Of a DNA stretch of 64,000 bases, positions 29,883 to 40,449 are shown piece by piece; within the stretch, counting starts at the first letter, position 1; each line of letters opens with the position of its first letter. The DNA comes from an uncultured Methanomicrobiales archaeon (lineage in GTDB: Archaea > Halobacteriota > Methanomicrobia > Methanomicrobiales > Methanospirillaceae). Made by a program: the position numbers and the translations under genes. The stretch is taken from NCBI GenBank assembly GCA_963697895.1, contig OY969100.1, forward strand, positions 192,001 to 256,000. The letters run 5' to 3'. The notes beneath the pieces are model-generated. The model saw only the letters and a program-made list of their open reading frames with translations. It had not been told where the DNA came from and made no database searches.

Positions 29883-30725
29883 GTGATTAGGGAATTCATA
29901 TACAAATACTACATCGATCCGATACGCTACGGCCAGGCCTATACGATCGTCGATACCCTGACTTACGCGATCATTCTCATCATCGCCCTCTACGGGATCT
30001 ACCGGTTCCTCCGGTCCGTCGGGATCCCGGTGGACCGGCGGTTCGTCCTCGCGACCCTCCCGTACGTGGTGCTCGGCGGACTCGCCCGGGTCGTCCAGGA
30101 CACGGGGATGATCCAGTCGGATATCCAGTTCCTCCTTGTCACCCCGCTCATCTACATCCTCCTCTTCATCATCACCGTCATAGCCCTCTTCTTCTCGGTG
30201 CTCCTCCAGAAATACGGGATTATTAAGGATTACATCCCCCTCTACGCCCTCATCGGGATCGGCGGGTGTATCCTCACCGCAGGGGTGCTCGTGAGCTACG
30301 GCCTTTCGCACCAGATCGTACCGGCGGTCGTGGGGATCATCATCGGGCTTGCGCTGGTCGCGTCCGGGCTGACCTACGGCGCGATGCGGTACCTGCTCCG
30401 GTGGAAGTATGCCGCGGATCCTCTCTATATCGCCCTGATCTTCGGCCAGATGCTCGACGCGAGCGCCACGTACTACGGCATCGACCTCCACCCGCTCGTC
30501 TACGTGGAGCAGCATGTCGTGGGCTCCGGCCTGATCGCGCTGACCGGCACGGCCTTCGTGATGTACCCGCTGAAGCTCCTCGTCCTCTTCCCGGGCATCT
30601 ACATCCTCGAGCGGTTCCGGAACGAGGGGTCATCCGATCTCTGGCACCTGATCCTTCTCGCGATGATCACCGTCGGGCTTGCGCCCGGGGTGCGGGACAT
30701 GGTGCGGATGATGCTCTATGTCTGA
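29883..30725 (+). CDS. DUF63 family membrane protein
   Basis: Y.IVDTLTYA, LVTPLIY, QMLDASAT, YVEQHV, GLAPGVRD. Confidence 0.88.
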   Translation: MIREFIYKYYIDPIRYGQAYTIVDTLTYAIILIIALYGIYRFLRSVGIPVDRRFVLATLPYVVLGGLARVVQDTGMIQSDIQFLLVTPLIYILLFIITVIALFFSVLLQKYGIIKDYIPLYALIGIGGCILTAGVLVSYGLSHQIVPAVVGIIIGLALVASGLTYGAMRYLLRWKYAADPLYIALIFGQMLDASATYYGIDLHPLVYVEQHVVGSGLIALTGTAFVMYPLKLLVLFPGIYILERFRNEGSSDLWHLILLAMITVGLAPGVRDMVRMMLYV

Positions 30726-30775
30726 ACCGGGTGCCCGCGGTATGAACGGTCCGCGGTTCGCGGGAGTGATGCGCT

Positions 30776-31357
30776 ATGTATGACCAGGGTGCGGCTGATC
30801 GGCGGTTTCCGATCGCGGTCTTAAACATCGCGATCCTCTTCGGGGCCGCCCTTGTCGCCGGTGTCCTGATCGCGATGGAGAACCCGGACTTCGGTACGAT
30901 GCTCCTCGACCTCTTCAGGGAGACGATCATGGGCGGGCTCGAGGATGCGGCCCCGCCGGTCCTCGCCGTCGGGATCTTTTTGAACAACCTGCAGGCATGC
31001 ATCCTCCTCTTCCTCGGGGGTGCATCCTTCGGTATCCTGACGGTCATCATCCTCGGGAGCAACGGGGTGATCATCGGGGCGATCATGGAGGTCGTCCAGC
31101 AGGAGAAGGGGACGCTCTTTGTCGCCGCCGCGATCCTCCCCCACGGGGTCTTCGAGATCCCGGCGTTCATCATCTCCGGGGCCCTGGGGTTCATGCTCGC
31201 CGGATCCCTCTGGCGGGAGTGGCAGGGGAAGGAGGACGCGGCCCGGGAAGCTGCACGCTCTGCCCGGCTTTTCATCACCGTTGTCGTCCCCATTGTCGCG
31301 GCCGCGGCTGTTATAGAGGCATTTATCACACCGGAGATCATACATCTGGTGTCATAA
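30776..31357 (+). CDS. SpoIIM family membrane protein
   Basis: IFLNN, NG..IG, ILPHGVFEIPA, AA.IEAFITP. Confidence 0.88.
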   Translation: MYDQGAADRRFPIAVLNIAILFGAALVAGVLIAMENPDFGTMLLDLFRETIMGGLEDAAPPVLAVGIFLNNLQACILLFLGGASFGILTVIILGSNGVIIGAIMEVVQQEKGTLFVAAAILPHGVFEIPAFIISGALGFMLAGSLWREWQGKEDAAREAARSARLFITVVVPIVAAAAVIEAFITPEIIHLVS

Positions 31358-31372
31358 GGAGAACCGGGCCGG

Positions 31373-32806
31373 ATGGAGGAAGAACAGGGCGCATTGCCGC
31401 CGAAATCGGATTTTAGCGCGTGGTACAACGAACTGCTCTGGCGTGCGGAGATCATGGATGTCCGGTACCCGGTCAAGGGGCTCTACGTCTGGTTCCCGTT
31501 CGGGTTTGCGCTGCGGAAAGCGGTGTACGGCCGGCTCCGCGAGCTGATGGACCGGGAGCACCAGGAGGCGCTCTTCCCCCTCCTGATCCCGGAGCACGAG
31601 TTCATGAAGGAGGCGGAGCACATCAAGGGGTTCGAGGACGAGGTCTACTGGGTGACCCGCGGCGGGAATACCCCCCTCGATGTCCCGCTCGCCCTCCGGC
31701 CGACGAGCGAATGCGCGATCTACCCGATGTACGCCCTGTGGGTCCGGTCGCACGCCGATCTCCCCCTGAAGATCTACCAGGTCGTGAACACGTTCCGGTA
31801 CGAGACGAAGCATACCCGCCCCCTCATCCGGCTCCGCGAGATCACCTCCTTCAAGGAGGCCCACACGGTCCATGCGACCTGGGCGGAGGCGGAGGCGCAG
31901 GTCGCGACGGCGCTCTCCCTCTACGCCGAGTTCTACGAGAGCCTCTGCATCCCGGTCATCGTCTGCCGGCGGCCCGACTGGGACAAGTTCCCGGGGGCGG
32001 ACTACACGATGGCGGTCGACACGATCATGCCGGACGGGAAGACGCTCCAGATCGGCACGGCCCACCACCTCGGGGACCACTTCTCGCGGACGTTCGATAT
32101 CCGGTTCGAGGACGCAGAAGGGGAGCAGCAGCTCGTCTTCCAGACCTGCTACGGCATCTCCGAACGCTCGATCGCCGCCCTGATCAGCCTCCACGGGGAC
32201 GACCGCGGGCTCATCCTGCCGCCGGCGGTCGCACCGGTCCAGGTGACGATCGTCCCGATCCCGATCGGGAAGCGGAAGGACGAGGTTCATGATGCGGCCG
32301 CAGCGATCGCGGACACGCTGACCGCGGCGGGGTTCCGGGTGAAGCTGGACCTCCGGGACCTCCGGCCCGGGGCAAAGTACTATTACGGGGAGATGCGGGG
32401 GATTCCCCTCCGGCTCGAGATCGGCCCCCGCGACCTGGACGCCGGACAGGTGACCGCGGTGACCCGTACGGGGACGCGGTCGGTGATCGCCCGGGAGAAG
32501 CTGGTGGAGGGGGTCCACCGCCTCCTCGATTCGGTCCGGGCCGATCTCCGCTCCCGGGCCGGGTCGCTCGTGCAGGCACACCTCCGGCAGGTATCGTCGC
32601 TCGAGGATGCGATCGATGCGGTCGCGAACGGGGCGGCCCTCGTCGGGTGGTGCGGCGACCGGGAATGTGCGATCACGGTCGAAGGGGCGACGGGCGGGAG
32701 CATCCTCGGAACGGACGTCCATTCGGAGTTCGTGACCGGGGAAGCCGGCCACTGCCTGATCTGCGGGAAACCCGGGATCACGACGCTTGTCGGGCGGGCG
32801 TATTAG
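31373..32806 (+). CDS. proS: Proline--tRNA ligase (archaeal/eukaryotic type)
   Basis: [41 protein letters not shown]-terminal GRAY. Confidence 0.97.
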   Translation: MEEEQGALPPKSDFSAWYNELLWRAEIMDVRYPVKGLYVWFPFGFALRKAVYGRLRELMDREHQEALFPLLIPEHEFMKEAEHIKGFEDEVYWVTRGGNTPLDVPLALRPTSECAIYPMYALWVRSHADLPLKIYQVVNTFRYETKHTRPLIRLREITSFKEAHTVHATWAEAEAQVATALSLYAEFYESLCIPVIVCRRPDWDKFPGADYTMAVDTIMPDGKTLQIGTAHHLGDHFSRTFDIRFEDAEGEQQLVFQTCYGISERSIAALISLHGDDRGLILPPAVAPVQVTIVPIPIGKRKDEVHDAAAAIADTLTAAGFRVKLDLRDLRPGAKYYYGEMRGIPLRLEIGPRDLDAGQVTAVTRTGTRSVIAREKLVEGVHRLLDSVRADLRSRAGSLVQAHLRQVSSLEDAIDAVANGAALVGWCGDRECAITVEGATGGSILGTDVHSEFVTGEAGHCLICGKPGITTLVGRAY

Positions 32807-32959
32807 CCGGGGAGGCGGAAAAATATCCGGGGAAGCGGGCCGCCCGGAGAGGACAGGCCCATGAATGTCAGGCGAACGAAACTCCTGGCTCGTCAAACAG
32901 AGGGTAAAGGAAAAAACACCAAAGGGGTTTCCCTCCGGTGTCACTTTTTTTGGGTGGTA

Positions 32960-33412
32960 TCAGCAGTCGGGGCAGCGATAGGAGACCGTGAGGCCCGGGG
33001 AGTTCAGGTCGCCCGACACGTTCTTTTTTCCGCCCCGGAAGAAGAGCCGCCCGCACCCGGCGCAGGTCTTCGGCCGGACCCGGTCGAGGACTTTTCTCCG
33101 TGCCTCGAGCTCGAAGTGGGTATCGACCCCTTCGCCGGGCTGTCCCATGCAGGAGTCCTCGTACGTGGAGATCAGTTCCATGATCCGGAGCGGGCTCACC
33201 CCGAGTGCGTCGAACCGCTTAAAGACGAAGTAGTTGAAGACCAGCCATGAGAAGTCGCACCGCTCGACGAGCTCCTCGACGTCCTGGCAGGACTCCTCGA
33301 AGTCCTCCAGCGTGCAGCCGCAGAGGGGACATCGCCCTCTGACCAGCTCGTCGAGATAAACCTCTGCCCGGCAGCCCGGACAGGTCGTGTGGGGGGAAAG
33401 CATCCGTGTCAT
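32960..33412 (-). CDS. Hypothetical protein with four CxxC pairs (zinc-ribbon-like)
   Basis: CPGC, CPLC, CAGC, CPDC; host-like codon usage. Confidence 0.7.
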   Translation of the reverse strand: MTRMLSPHTTCPGCRAEVYLDELVRGRCPLCGCTLEDFEESCQDVEELVERCDFSWLVFNYFVFKRFDALGVSPLRIMELISTYEDSCMGQPGEGVDTHFELEARRKVLDRVRPKTCAGCGRLFFRGGKKNVSGDLNSPGLTVSYRCPDC

Positions 33413-33721
33413 TCTGGACCTCTCATCGATACGGGAGCACCGGGAGGAAGATGGTGAAAATCATGCGTTTTCTCTGCATGGCAGGGTGTGGCCGTCATGA
33501 TACAGAAAATTCTCCCGGTGCGGTCTTCCGCACCAGCGGTAAACTGTCTCTTCTATAGGCGCCGGCACTACTTAAACTTGTTCGAAGTGCCATGATAATC
33601 CGTGCCAACCGCCGAATGGAGCATATAAAATGGTTTTTATACCGGGAGAGCTGCACGAGTGGACAGGTCCTCCGGAACGTGAGGGGGAGAAGGATCATTG
33701 GAGGAGCTCCAGGCCGTTCCG

Positions 33722-33870
33722 GCCACGGAAAGGTGGCATCATGTGGCCATACATGATGAAGAGGGGTTCCGCCACGGGAAAAGAGGCATCATGGCGCTGT
33801 ATTTGATGAAGAGGGGTTGCGTTACGGGAAAAGAGGCCTCACGTTGCCGTACATAATGAGGAGGGGTTTC
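33722..33870. repeat. Three diverged 49-50-bp tandem copies
   Basis: Units start 33722, 33771 and 33821; each ends ATGARGAGGGGTT. Confidence 0.8.
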
Positions 33871-34008
33871 CCGGCTCCAGCGGAAAACGGCTCCGAGAGG
33901 ATCATATCCGGGAGGGGTATCGGAGCTTTCCGGTCCGGGAAAAACTGCGCCGGAAATTGCACGGGATCCGGCATCCGGATGGATATGCACGAAAAGATAA
34001 TTCCCCGT

Positions 34009-35253
34009 TCACCGCTTCATGATCCCGAAGACCTCGGAGAAGCAGCGGATCGCCTCGTCCCGGTTGCCGTTCCTGAGCTGGGACATTCCCCGTAAAAGGA
34101 GGGCATTGATATCCTTCACGTCGATGTTGAACGCCTTCCGGAAGCAGCGGACGGAGTCGTCGTACTCCCCGAGCATGAAGTGGCAGTTGCTCATCACCAC
34201 CCAGGCATCCGCGTGCCGGGGCTTGCACGCGAGCGCCTGCTGCATGCACCCGATCGCCTCGCGGTGCTCTCCCCGCTTGTACCGGGCGTACCCTTCCCAG
34301 TACCGGACCCGCGGCCCGCCGTCGCCGAGCGCATGCACGCGGGAGAAGCAGTAGAGGGCGTACTCGTATTCTTCGAGGAGGCAGAGCGCGATCCCCTTGT
34401 TCACCCAGGCGGAGACGAACGAGGGGGAGATCCGGATCACCCGGTCATAACAGGCGATCTCGTCCCGGTAGCGCCCGAGCTTCCCGAGGGCGTACCCCTG
34501 GTTGATCCAGGCGCTGATGAAATGCGGCCGGAGCTCGATCGCGATCGCACAGCACTGGGCCTCCTCCTCGTACATCCCGAGCATCCCGAGCGCATGCCCC
34601 TTCCCGTTCCAGGCGGCGGCAGATGCGGGATCGATCCGGAGCGCCTCCTCGCAGGAGCGGAGCTTCCCCGCGAAGTCTCCCATCCGGCCCATCGCGAACC
34701 CGCGGTTGATCCAGGCCCTGACGTTCCGGGGTTCGAGGGCGAGCGCCTGATCGCAGCAGGCGACTTCTTCATCGTACCGCCCGAGCTTCCCGAGCGCAAA
34801 ACTCTTCCCGACGAGCGCGACGACAGAGTCCGGCTGGAGATCGAGGGCCCGGTCAAAACAGCGGAGGGCCGCCTCGTGTTCGCCGTGGCGGGACCGGCGG
34901 ATCCCTTCCCGGCAGAACCGGTCCACCTCGCGGGAGATCTTGTCGCGGGCCGATCCAACCGGCTCTTCATGAACCGTTTCCCGTGACGAACCCGTGCCGG
35001 CCGGCTCCTCATAGGGTTTTTCCGGAGGAGAACCCGCCCTCTTTCCTTCCGGGGCCTGTTCTGCCCCCGGTGACTGTTCCGGTTCCATCACCGTGGCCTG
35101 TCCCGGTGATCCTTCCGCAGTCCTTTCCGGTTCCTGGTCCTGCCCTAAGGATCTCTCCCGGTTCTCTCCGGAAATCCTCTCCGATGCCTGGATCCGGGTA
35201 TGCCCGCCCCGGTCTACCCGGAAGACCTTTTCCGGCCCGTCTTCGTCTTCCAT
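34009..35253 (-). CDS. Tetratricopeptide repeat protein with disordered acidic N-terminus
   Basis: Repeated 34-aa AWxNxG.ALG.LGRY.EE..C.D.AL units. Confidence 0.88.
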   Translation of the reverse strand: MEDEDGPEKVFRVDRGGHTRIQASERISGENRERSLGQDQEPERTAEGSPGQATVMEPEQSPGAEQAPEGKRAGSPPEKPYEEPAGTGSSRETVHEEPVGSARDKISREVDRFCREGIRRSRHGEHEAALRCFDRALDLQPDSVVALVGKSFALGKLGRYDEEVACCDQALALEPRNVRAWINRGFAMGRMGDFAGKLRSCEEALRIDPASAAAWNGKGHALGMLGMYEEEAQCCAIAIELRPHFISAWINQGYALGKLGRYRDEIACYDRVIRISPSFVSAWVNKGIALCLLEEYEYALYCFSRVHALGDGGPRVRYWEGYARYKRGEHREAIGCMQQALACKPRHADAWVVMSNCHFMLGEYDDSVRCFRKAFNIDVKDINALLLRGMSQLRNGNRDEAIRCFSEVFGIMKR

Positions 35254-35411
35254 GTCCCCTGAAAGGAACACTGCGCTGCAGGCATTTATAGTTGACCGTT
35301 TATTCTCCCCTCCGTTCGCGGAATCCGGTGCGAACCGTGTTCCGGCCGGCCGGAGGGGCGATCCCTTCCGGAGAGGAGAAAGTTCATTCTTCCCGGCACC
35401 GATCTCTGCAC

Positions 35412-36209
35412 ATGGACGAGCAGACGATGCCCTGTGCCTGCACCATCGCCGGCTCCGATGCAAGCGGAGGAGCCGGGATCCAGGCGGACCTGAAGACCTT
35501 CTCGGCCCTCCACGTCTGGGGGCTCTCCGTGATCACCGCGATCACGGCGCAGAACCCGCGGGCGGTGACCGGCATCTGGCCGAGCACCCCGGATGCGGTT
35601 GCGGCGCAGCTCGCCGCCCTCCTCGACGAGTTCACGATCGGCGCGTGCAAGACCGGGATGCTCGGGGACGGGGAGGTGATCCGGGTCGTCGCGGAACAGC
35701 TCCCGCCGGAGATCCCCCTCGTCGTCGACCCGGTGATGGTCTCCACCTCGGGGAGCACCCTGCTTCCCGAGGGGGCGGTCCGGACGCTTGCCCGCACCCT
35801 GATCCCCCGGGCGACGATCGTCACCCCGAACCTCGCGGAGGCAGCGGTCCTCGCCGGGATGCCGCCGATCACCTCGCTCTCCGGGATGCAGCGGGCCGGG
35901 GAGCGGATCCTCGCGCTCGGTCCGGCATTCGTTGTCGTGAAGGGAGGACACTTCGGCGGGGAGGAGGACTCGGTCGACCTCCTCCTCGGGCAGGGGAAGG
36001 AATGGGTACTCGAAGGAGTGCGGTACCCCTACGAGGTGCACGGTTCCGGGTGCTGCTTCGCCGCGGCGATCACCGCGTACATGGCACGCGGCGAGTCGGT
36101 TCCGGACGCGTGTTCGCATGCAAAGGAGTTCATCGACCGGGCCCTCCGGCTCGCGGCCCGGACCCGGAGCGGCTGTGCGATGGTGCAGCCGACCGGGAAC
36201 CACCGGTGA
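35412..36209 (+). CDS. thiD: Hydroxymethylpyrimidine/phosphomethylpyrimidine kinase
   Basis: TIAGSDASGGAGIQADLKT, KTGML, DPVM, TPNL.EA, VKGGH, HGSGC. Confidence 0.95.
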   Translation: MDEQTMPCACTIAGSDASGGAGIQADLKTFSALHVWGLSVITAITAQNPRAVTGIWPSTPDAVAAQLAALLDEFTIGACKTGMLGDGEVIRVVAEQLPPEIPLVVDPVMVSTSGSTLLPEGAVRTLARTLIPRATIVTPNLAEAAVLAGMPPITSLSGMQRAGERILALGPAFVVVKGGHFGGEEDSVDLLLGQGKEWVLEGVRYPYEVHGSGCCFAAAITAYMARGESVPDACSHAKEFIDRALRLAARTRSGCAMVQPTGNHR

Positions 36210-36478
36210 ACCACCCGGTCGATCGTCTCCCGATCTCTTACTTACAATGATAGTACAACCGCCCGGAACGAACATTGATCGGCAGGGATTGCCGATCTGA
36301 AATACAATCTATATTAGTTATCCCGGAGATATGTTCTCCAACGGGGATCAGTATACCGGAAATGACCTGCACGGGCCAGAGATCGGGATCAGGGCGGCTT
36401 TCGCGAGACTGTTTCCGCCGGCGACCGCACACACAGCACCGGTGCGCTGCCGGTCCTCCGGACCAGGAGCGCTGAACC

Positions 36479-38305
36479 GTGGAGGAAACCAATCAGAACC
36501 ACCGTCCGTTCTCGAAAGGGATCATCAAGTCGATGGGTCTGGTCTTCGGGGATATCGGGACCAGCCCGATCTATACCCTGACGGTGATCTTCCTCCTCGT
36601 CCCCCCCACGCCCGGCAACCTGGTCGGTATCGTCAGCCTGATCGTCTGGACCCTCATCATCCTCGTCACCGTCCAGTACGTCTGGCTGGCGATGCAGCTC
36701 GGGCTGAAAGGGGAGGGCGGCACGATCGTGCTCCGGGAGATCCTCATCCCGCTGCTCAAGACCGGCCGCGTCGCCGGGTTCATCTCCCTCCTCTCGATCA
36801 TCGGTATCGCGCTCCTCATCGGCGACGGGGTGATCACCCCGGCGATCAGCATCCTCTCCGCGGTGGAAGGGTTCCGGCTGATCCCGGGTGCGGAGGATAT
36901 CGCCCAGATCGCGCTCGTCTGGATCGCCGCGTTCATCACGATCGGGCTCTTCGCCATCCAGCGGAGGGGGACGGAACGGGTCGCGTGGGCGTTCGGGCCG
37001 ATCATGGTCCTCTGGTTCGTCGCACTCTCGGTTTCGGGGGTCCTTGCGATCTTCCAGGCGCCGGCGATCCTCCTGGCGATCAACCCGTTGAACGGCCTCA
37101 CCTTCTTCCTGACCCACGGGATCGCCGCCTTCTTTGTCCTTTCGCAGGTGATCCTCTGCGCGACCGGCGGCGAGGCGCTCTTCGCCGACATGGGCCACCT
37201 CGGCCGGGAACCGATCCGGCGGGCATGGTTCTTCGTCTTCATCGCGCTCTCCGTAAACTACCTCGGGCAGGGTGCGTTCCTCCTCGCAAACCCGGGCGCG
37301 AAGAACGTCCTCTTCGAGATGATCTACACCCAGTCCCCGCTCCTCTACATCCCGTTCCTCGCCCTCTCGATCGCGGCGACGGTCATCGCCTCGCAGGCGA
37401 TGATCTCGGGGGTCTTCTCGATCGCGTACCAGGGGGTCACCACCCGGATCTTCCCGCTCCTGAAGATCGATTACACCTCCGCGGAGCTCCGCTCCCAGAT
37501 CTACATCGACTCGGTGAACTGGTTTTTGATGTTCGCCGTCCTCCTCGTCCTCTTCATCTTCCAGGCATCGGTCCACCTGGCCGCGGCGTACGGCCTCGCG
37601 GTGATGGGCACGATGACGATCACGGGGATCATGGTCTCGATGATCTTCTTCAAGCGCAACCAGTACATCCGGATGCTGATCGCGATCGCGGTCACCGCCG
37701 CCGACTTCATCTACCTCTTCTCGGCGACCTTCAAGATCCCGGCCGGCGGGTACTGGAGCCTGATCATCGCCTCGGTCCCCTTCGCGATCATCATGATCTA
37801 CATCTACGGCCAGCGCCGCCTCTTCGCGGCCCTCCACCCGATGGACATCGCGGACTTCCTCAAAGGTTTCGTGAATATCTACGAGAGGCTCGAGAAGATC
37901 AAGGGGACGGCGATCTTCTTTGCCCGGGACGTCCACCACGTCCCCGCGTACATCGCCCACACGATCTTCAAGGACAACATCCTCTACGAGAAGAACGTGA
38001 TCATCACGATCAAGGTCCTCGACAGCCCCTTCGGGATCTCCTGGTGGTTCGAGCCCGACCTCGCCCCGGGCCTCCAGCTCTTCGTCGTCCAGTACGGCTA
38101 CATGGAGCGGATAAACCTGAAGGAGATCATCGAGTCCGCGAAGATCGGCGAGAAGACGATCTTCTACGGGATGGAGGAGATCGTCACCGACAACGTCGTC
38201 TGGAAGATCTTCTCGGCGATCAAACGGTTGTCACCCTCGTTCGTCCAGTACTACAGACTCCCGGCGGACAAGGTGCACGGGGTTGTCTCACGGGTCGAGA
38301 TGTGA
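36479..38305 (+). CDS. kup: KUP/HAK/KT family potassium transporter
   Basis: GLVFGDIGTSPIY, GEGG, GDGVITPAISILSAVEG, TGGEALFADMGH, QIYI, AAYGLAV. Confidence 0.95.
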   Translation: MEETNQNHRPFSKGIIKSMGLVFGDIGTSPIYTLTVIFLLVPPTPGNLVGIVSLIVWTLIILVTVQYVWLAMQLGLKGEGGTIVLREILIPLLKTGRVAGFISLLSIIGIALLIGDGVITPAISILSAVEGFRLIPGAEDIAQIALVWIAAFITIGLFAIQRRGTERVAWAFGPIMVLWFVALSVSGVLAIFQAPAILLAINPLNGLTFFLTHGIAAFFVLSQVILCATGGEALFADMGHLGREPIRRAWFFVFIALSVNYLGQGAFLLANPGAKNVLFEMIYTQSPLLYIPFLALSIAATVIASQAMISGVFSIAYQGVTTRIFPLLKIDYTSAELRSQIYIDSVNWFLMFAVLLVLFIFQASVHLAAAYGLAVMGTMTITGIMVSMIFFKRNQYIRMLIAIAVTAADFIYLFSATFKIPAGGYWSLIIASVPFAIIMIYIYGQRRLFAALHPMDIADFLKGFVNIYERLEKIKGTAIFFARDVHHVPAYIAHTIFKDNILYEKNVIITIKVLDSPFGISWWFEPDLAPGLQLFVVQYGYMERINLKEIIESAKIGEKTIFYGMEEIVTDNVVWKIFSAIKRLSPSFVQYYRLPADKVHGVVSRVEM

Positions 38306-38974
38306 TCCCTTTTTCTTGATCTCGCGGACCATTACCATAACCATCCGGTTAAATTAACCTCATGGATTCCGCGCAGTATATGCCGGAGGCGATCTCTTTC
38401 GTCGGGTGGTGGATTTCTCTGGTAATCAGGTGGTCGGAAGATATTTTTCGCGATCCATTCGCGTCGCTCTTCATTCCGGGGCTCACGGATGTCATGACCG
38501 ACAGGTTTATTTCACATGATCGGGTGGAAATGCAATCGGGGCGTAATTAACGCACGAATATTCGATCCGATGAACATTCACCGGACCAATGCAGCTGAGC
38601 TTATATACACCGAAAAGATATTGAAATTCATACCGTGGTATCTCGTCACGCGGGTATCGCGGGAAGACAATCAAGGTGGCGTTATGATCTGAAATTGTTT
38701 GTGACGAGGCAGTATTGCCGGTTATGATACTGCTGACCGAATACGGGTAACGGTTGATCGACCGCCGGTCGCGGGCCTTCACCGATGAAGAACTATTCTC
38801 ATCATTCCTGTCTAGATCCATCTCTGAAATAAATCCAATTTTGCCCCCGTTCATCGATCCGATGAATAATCGTTGAGCTAATAAGTAAGACTTATATCAC
38901 CAAAAGGATATTAAAATCCATACAGTGTTATGCCCGATCCCCGGGCATTGCTGGAAACAATCAAGGTGTGAAGT

Positions 38975-39382
38975 ATGAGAACTTTTCAAAATGATGAGGC
39001 AGTATCACCCGTTATCGGTGTGATCCTGATGGTCGCAATCACCGTCATCCTCGCGGCGGTCATTGCAGCGTTCGTGTTCGGAATGGCTGGGTCGACGTCG
39101 GCCACAAAGAATGTGGGAATGACTGTATCTCCTGATGGAACTACAGGAATTAGTATCCTTTGGCAAGGTGGGAGTGACATTAACAGTCTCACTAAGATTG
39201 TAACCACAAATGATGGTCCTACTACTCCTACTACAACTACAACAGATCTATCCGGAACCAATTCTGTTGCTACAGGTGATGTTACCCTTATTGCTTGTGG
39301 GGATGTAACAGGTGGGCGAGTGATAGTCACTGGTACATTTACTGACGGTGCAAGTCAAGTCCTCTTCGACAAGAGATTCTAA
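38975..39382 (+). CDS. Archaeal type IV pilin (class III signal peptide)
   Basis: NDEA-VSPVIGVILMVAITVILAAVIAAFVFGM; T-run terminator at ~39390. Confidence 0.93.
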   Translation: MRTFQNDEAVSPVIGVILMVAITVILAAVIAAFVFGMAGSTSATKNVGMTVSPDGTTGISILWQGGSDINSLTKIVTTNDGPTTPTTTTTDLSGTNSVATGDVTLIACGDVTGGRVIVTGTFTDGASQVLFDKRF

Positions 39383-39444
39383 TCTTAACTTTTTTTTTAA
39401 AAAATAGAGAACAAATAATACAAACAAACGCAAAAGGCCTTACT

Positions 39445-40206
39445 ATGGCACGATTGAAGTTTCTCATTGTATCATTACTTATACTTGCAATTATTTCAGC
39501 CGGTTGTATTGCCCCACCAAAGAGTTCAAACACCTCCATTACGGGATCATCGGGCTCAACGATAGGAGGATCATCCGGAGCCAAAACCAATACTACAAGA
39601 ACAAATACATCGCCGCAACCAGGTCCCATTCCCAATACGACGTGGGGAAATGCATCGCTCCATCTTAGTTCATCCCCTATGGGTGCCGACGCGTACGTTA
39701 ACGATTACTATGTCGGGCTCACCCCGATGACGATTAATAACCTATCGGGTGGAATAAAATATAATGTATCCTTCCGCTTGCAGGGATACGGACGGTACAA
39801 CGGCACGGTTACGGCAAAAAATGGGACAACAGTTGATTTTACCGGAACGCTCCCCGAAGCCAAACCAATAATAGATATCCTTGTCACGAACGCTTCTTCG
39901 CAAAGGGTCGCTGGCGTCTGTATTTATACCTGCACTGGGACAGTAACGAACAGCGGGTATGCGACCGCCCGGTTTTTGAATGTATCCTTGGAATTTACCC
40001 CTCAGGATACAAAGGCATATGCCAAGAAAGTCACCTGGACGTACATCGATACCCTGCTGCCCGGTACCGCAGCAGGCTTTGACTTTTACATAGCGGTCCC
40101 GTGTGATGGGAACTATAAGGGACAGATCAAATATGATGGAATTTATGTAACGGGTTCGGACCAGCTCAGAATTGATAAAAAGATCAGCGGGACTGTCAAG
40201 ATATAA
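39445..40206 (+). CDS. PEGA domain-containing lipoprotein
   Basis: Lipobox SAGC, S/T/G-rich linker, SSSPMGADAYVND.YVG.TP..I...Y.V...LQGY, many NxS/T sequons. Confidence 0.82.
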   Translation: MARLKFLIVSLLILAIISAGCIAPPKSSNTSITGSSGSTIGGSSGAKTNTTRTNTSPQPGPIPNTTWGNASLHLSSSPMGADAYVNDYYVGLTPMTINNLSGGIKYNVSFRLQGYGRYNGTVTAKNGTTVDFTGTLPEAKPIIDILVTNASSQRVAGVCIYTCTGTVTNSGYATARFLNVSLEFTPQDTKAYAKKVTWTYIDTLLPGTAAGFDFYIAVPCDGNYKGQIKYDGIYVTGSDQLRIDKKISGTVKI

Positions 40207-40449
40207 CGGGGAAAATCGTAATACAATCACAATCATATCGTTCAATCTTTTTTTTGATCATTCTTCGAATTCGACTGAGCATGTTGAATCTTGGACATGT
40301 CCCTTCCTGAGCAAGGGGAGGAGCGGATGGATAAGGGTACAGAAAAGTGCATATGAAATTGCCTTACCGGTCTCCGGGAACAGGAACGTGATTCAGGAAG
40401 CACTGGCAACGTCGTCCGGATAAACCGGACGCTCCTGCGGGAAAAACAA

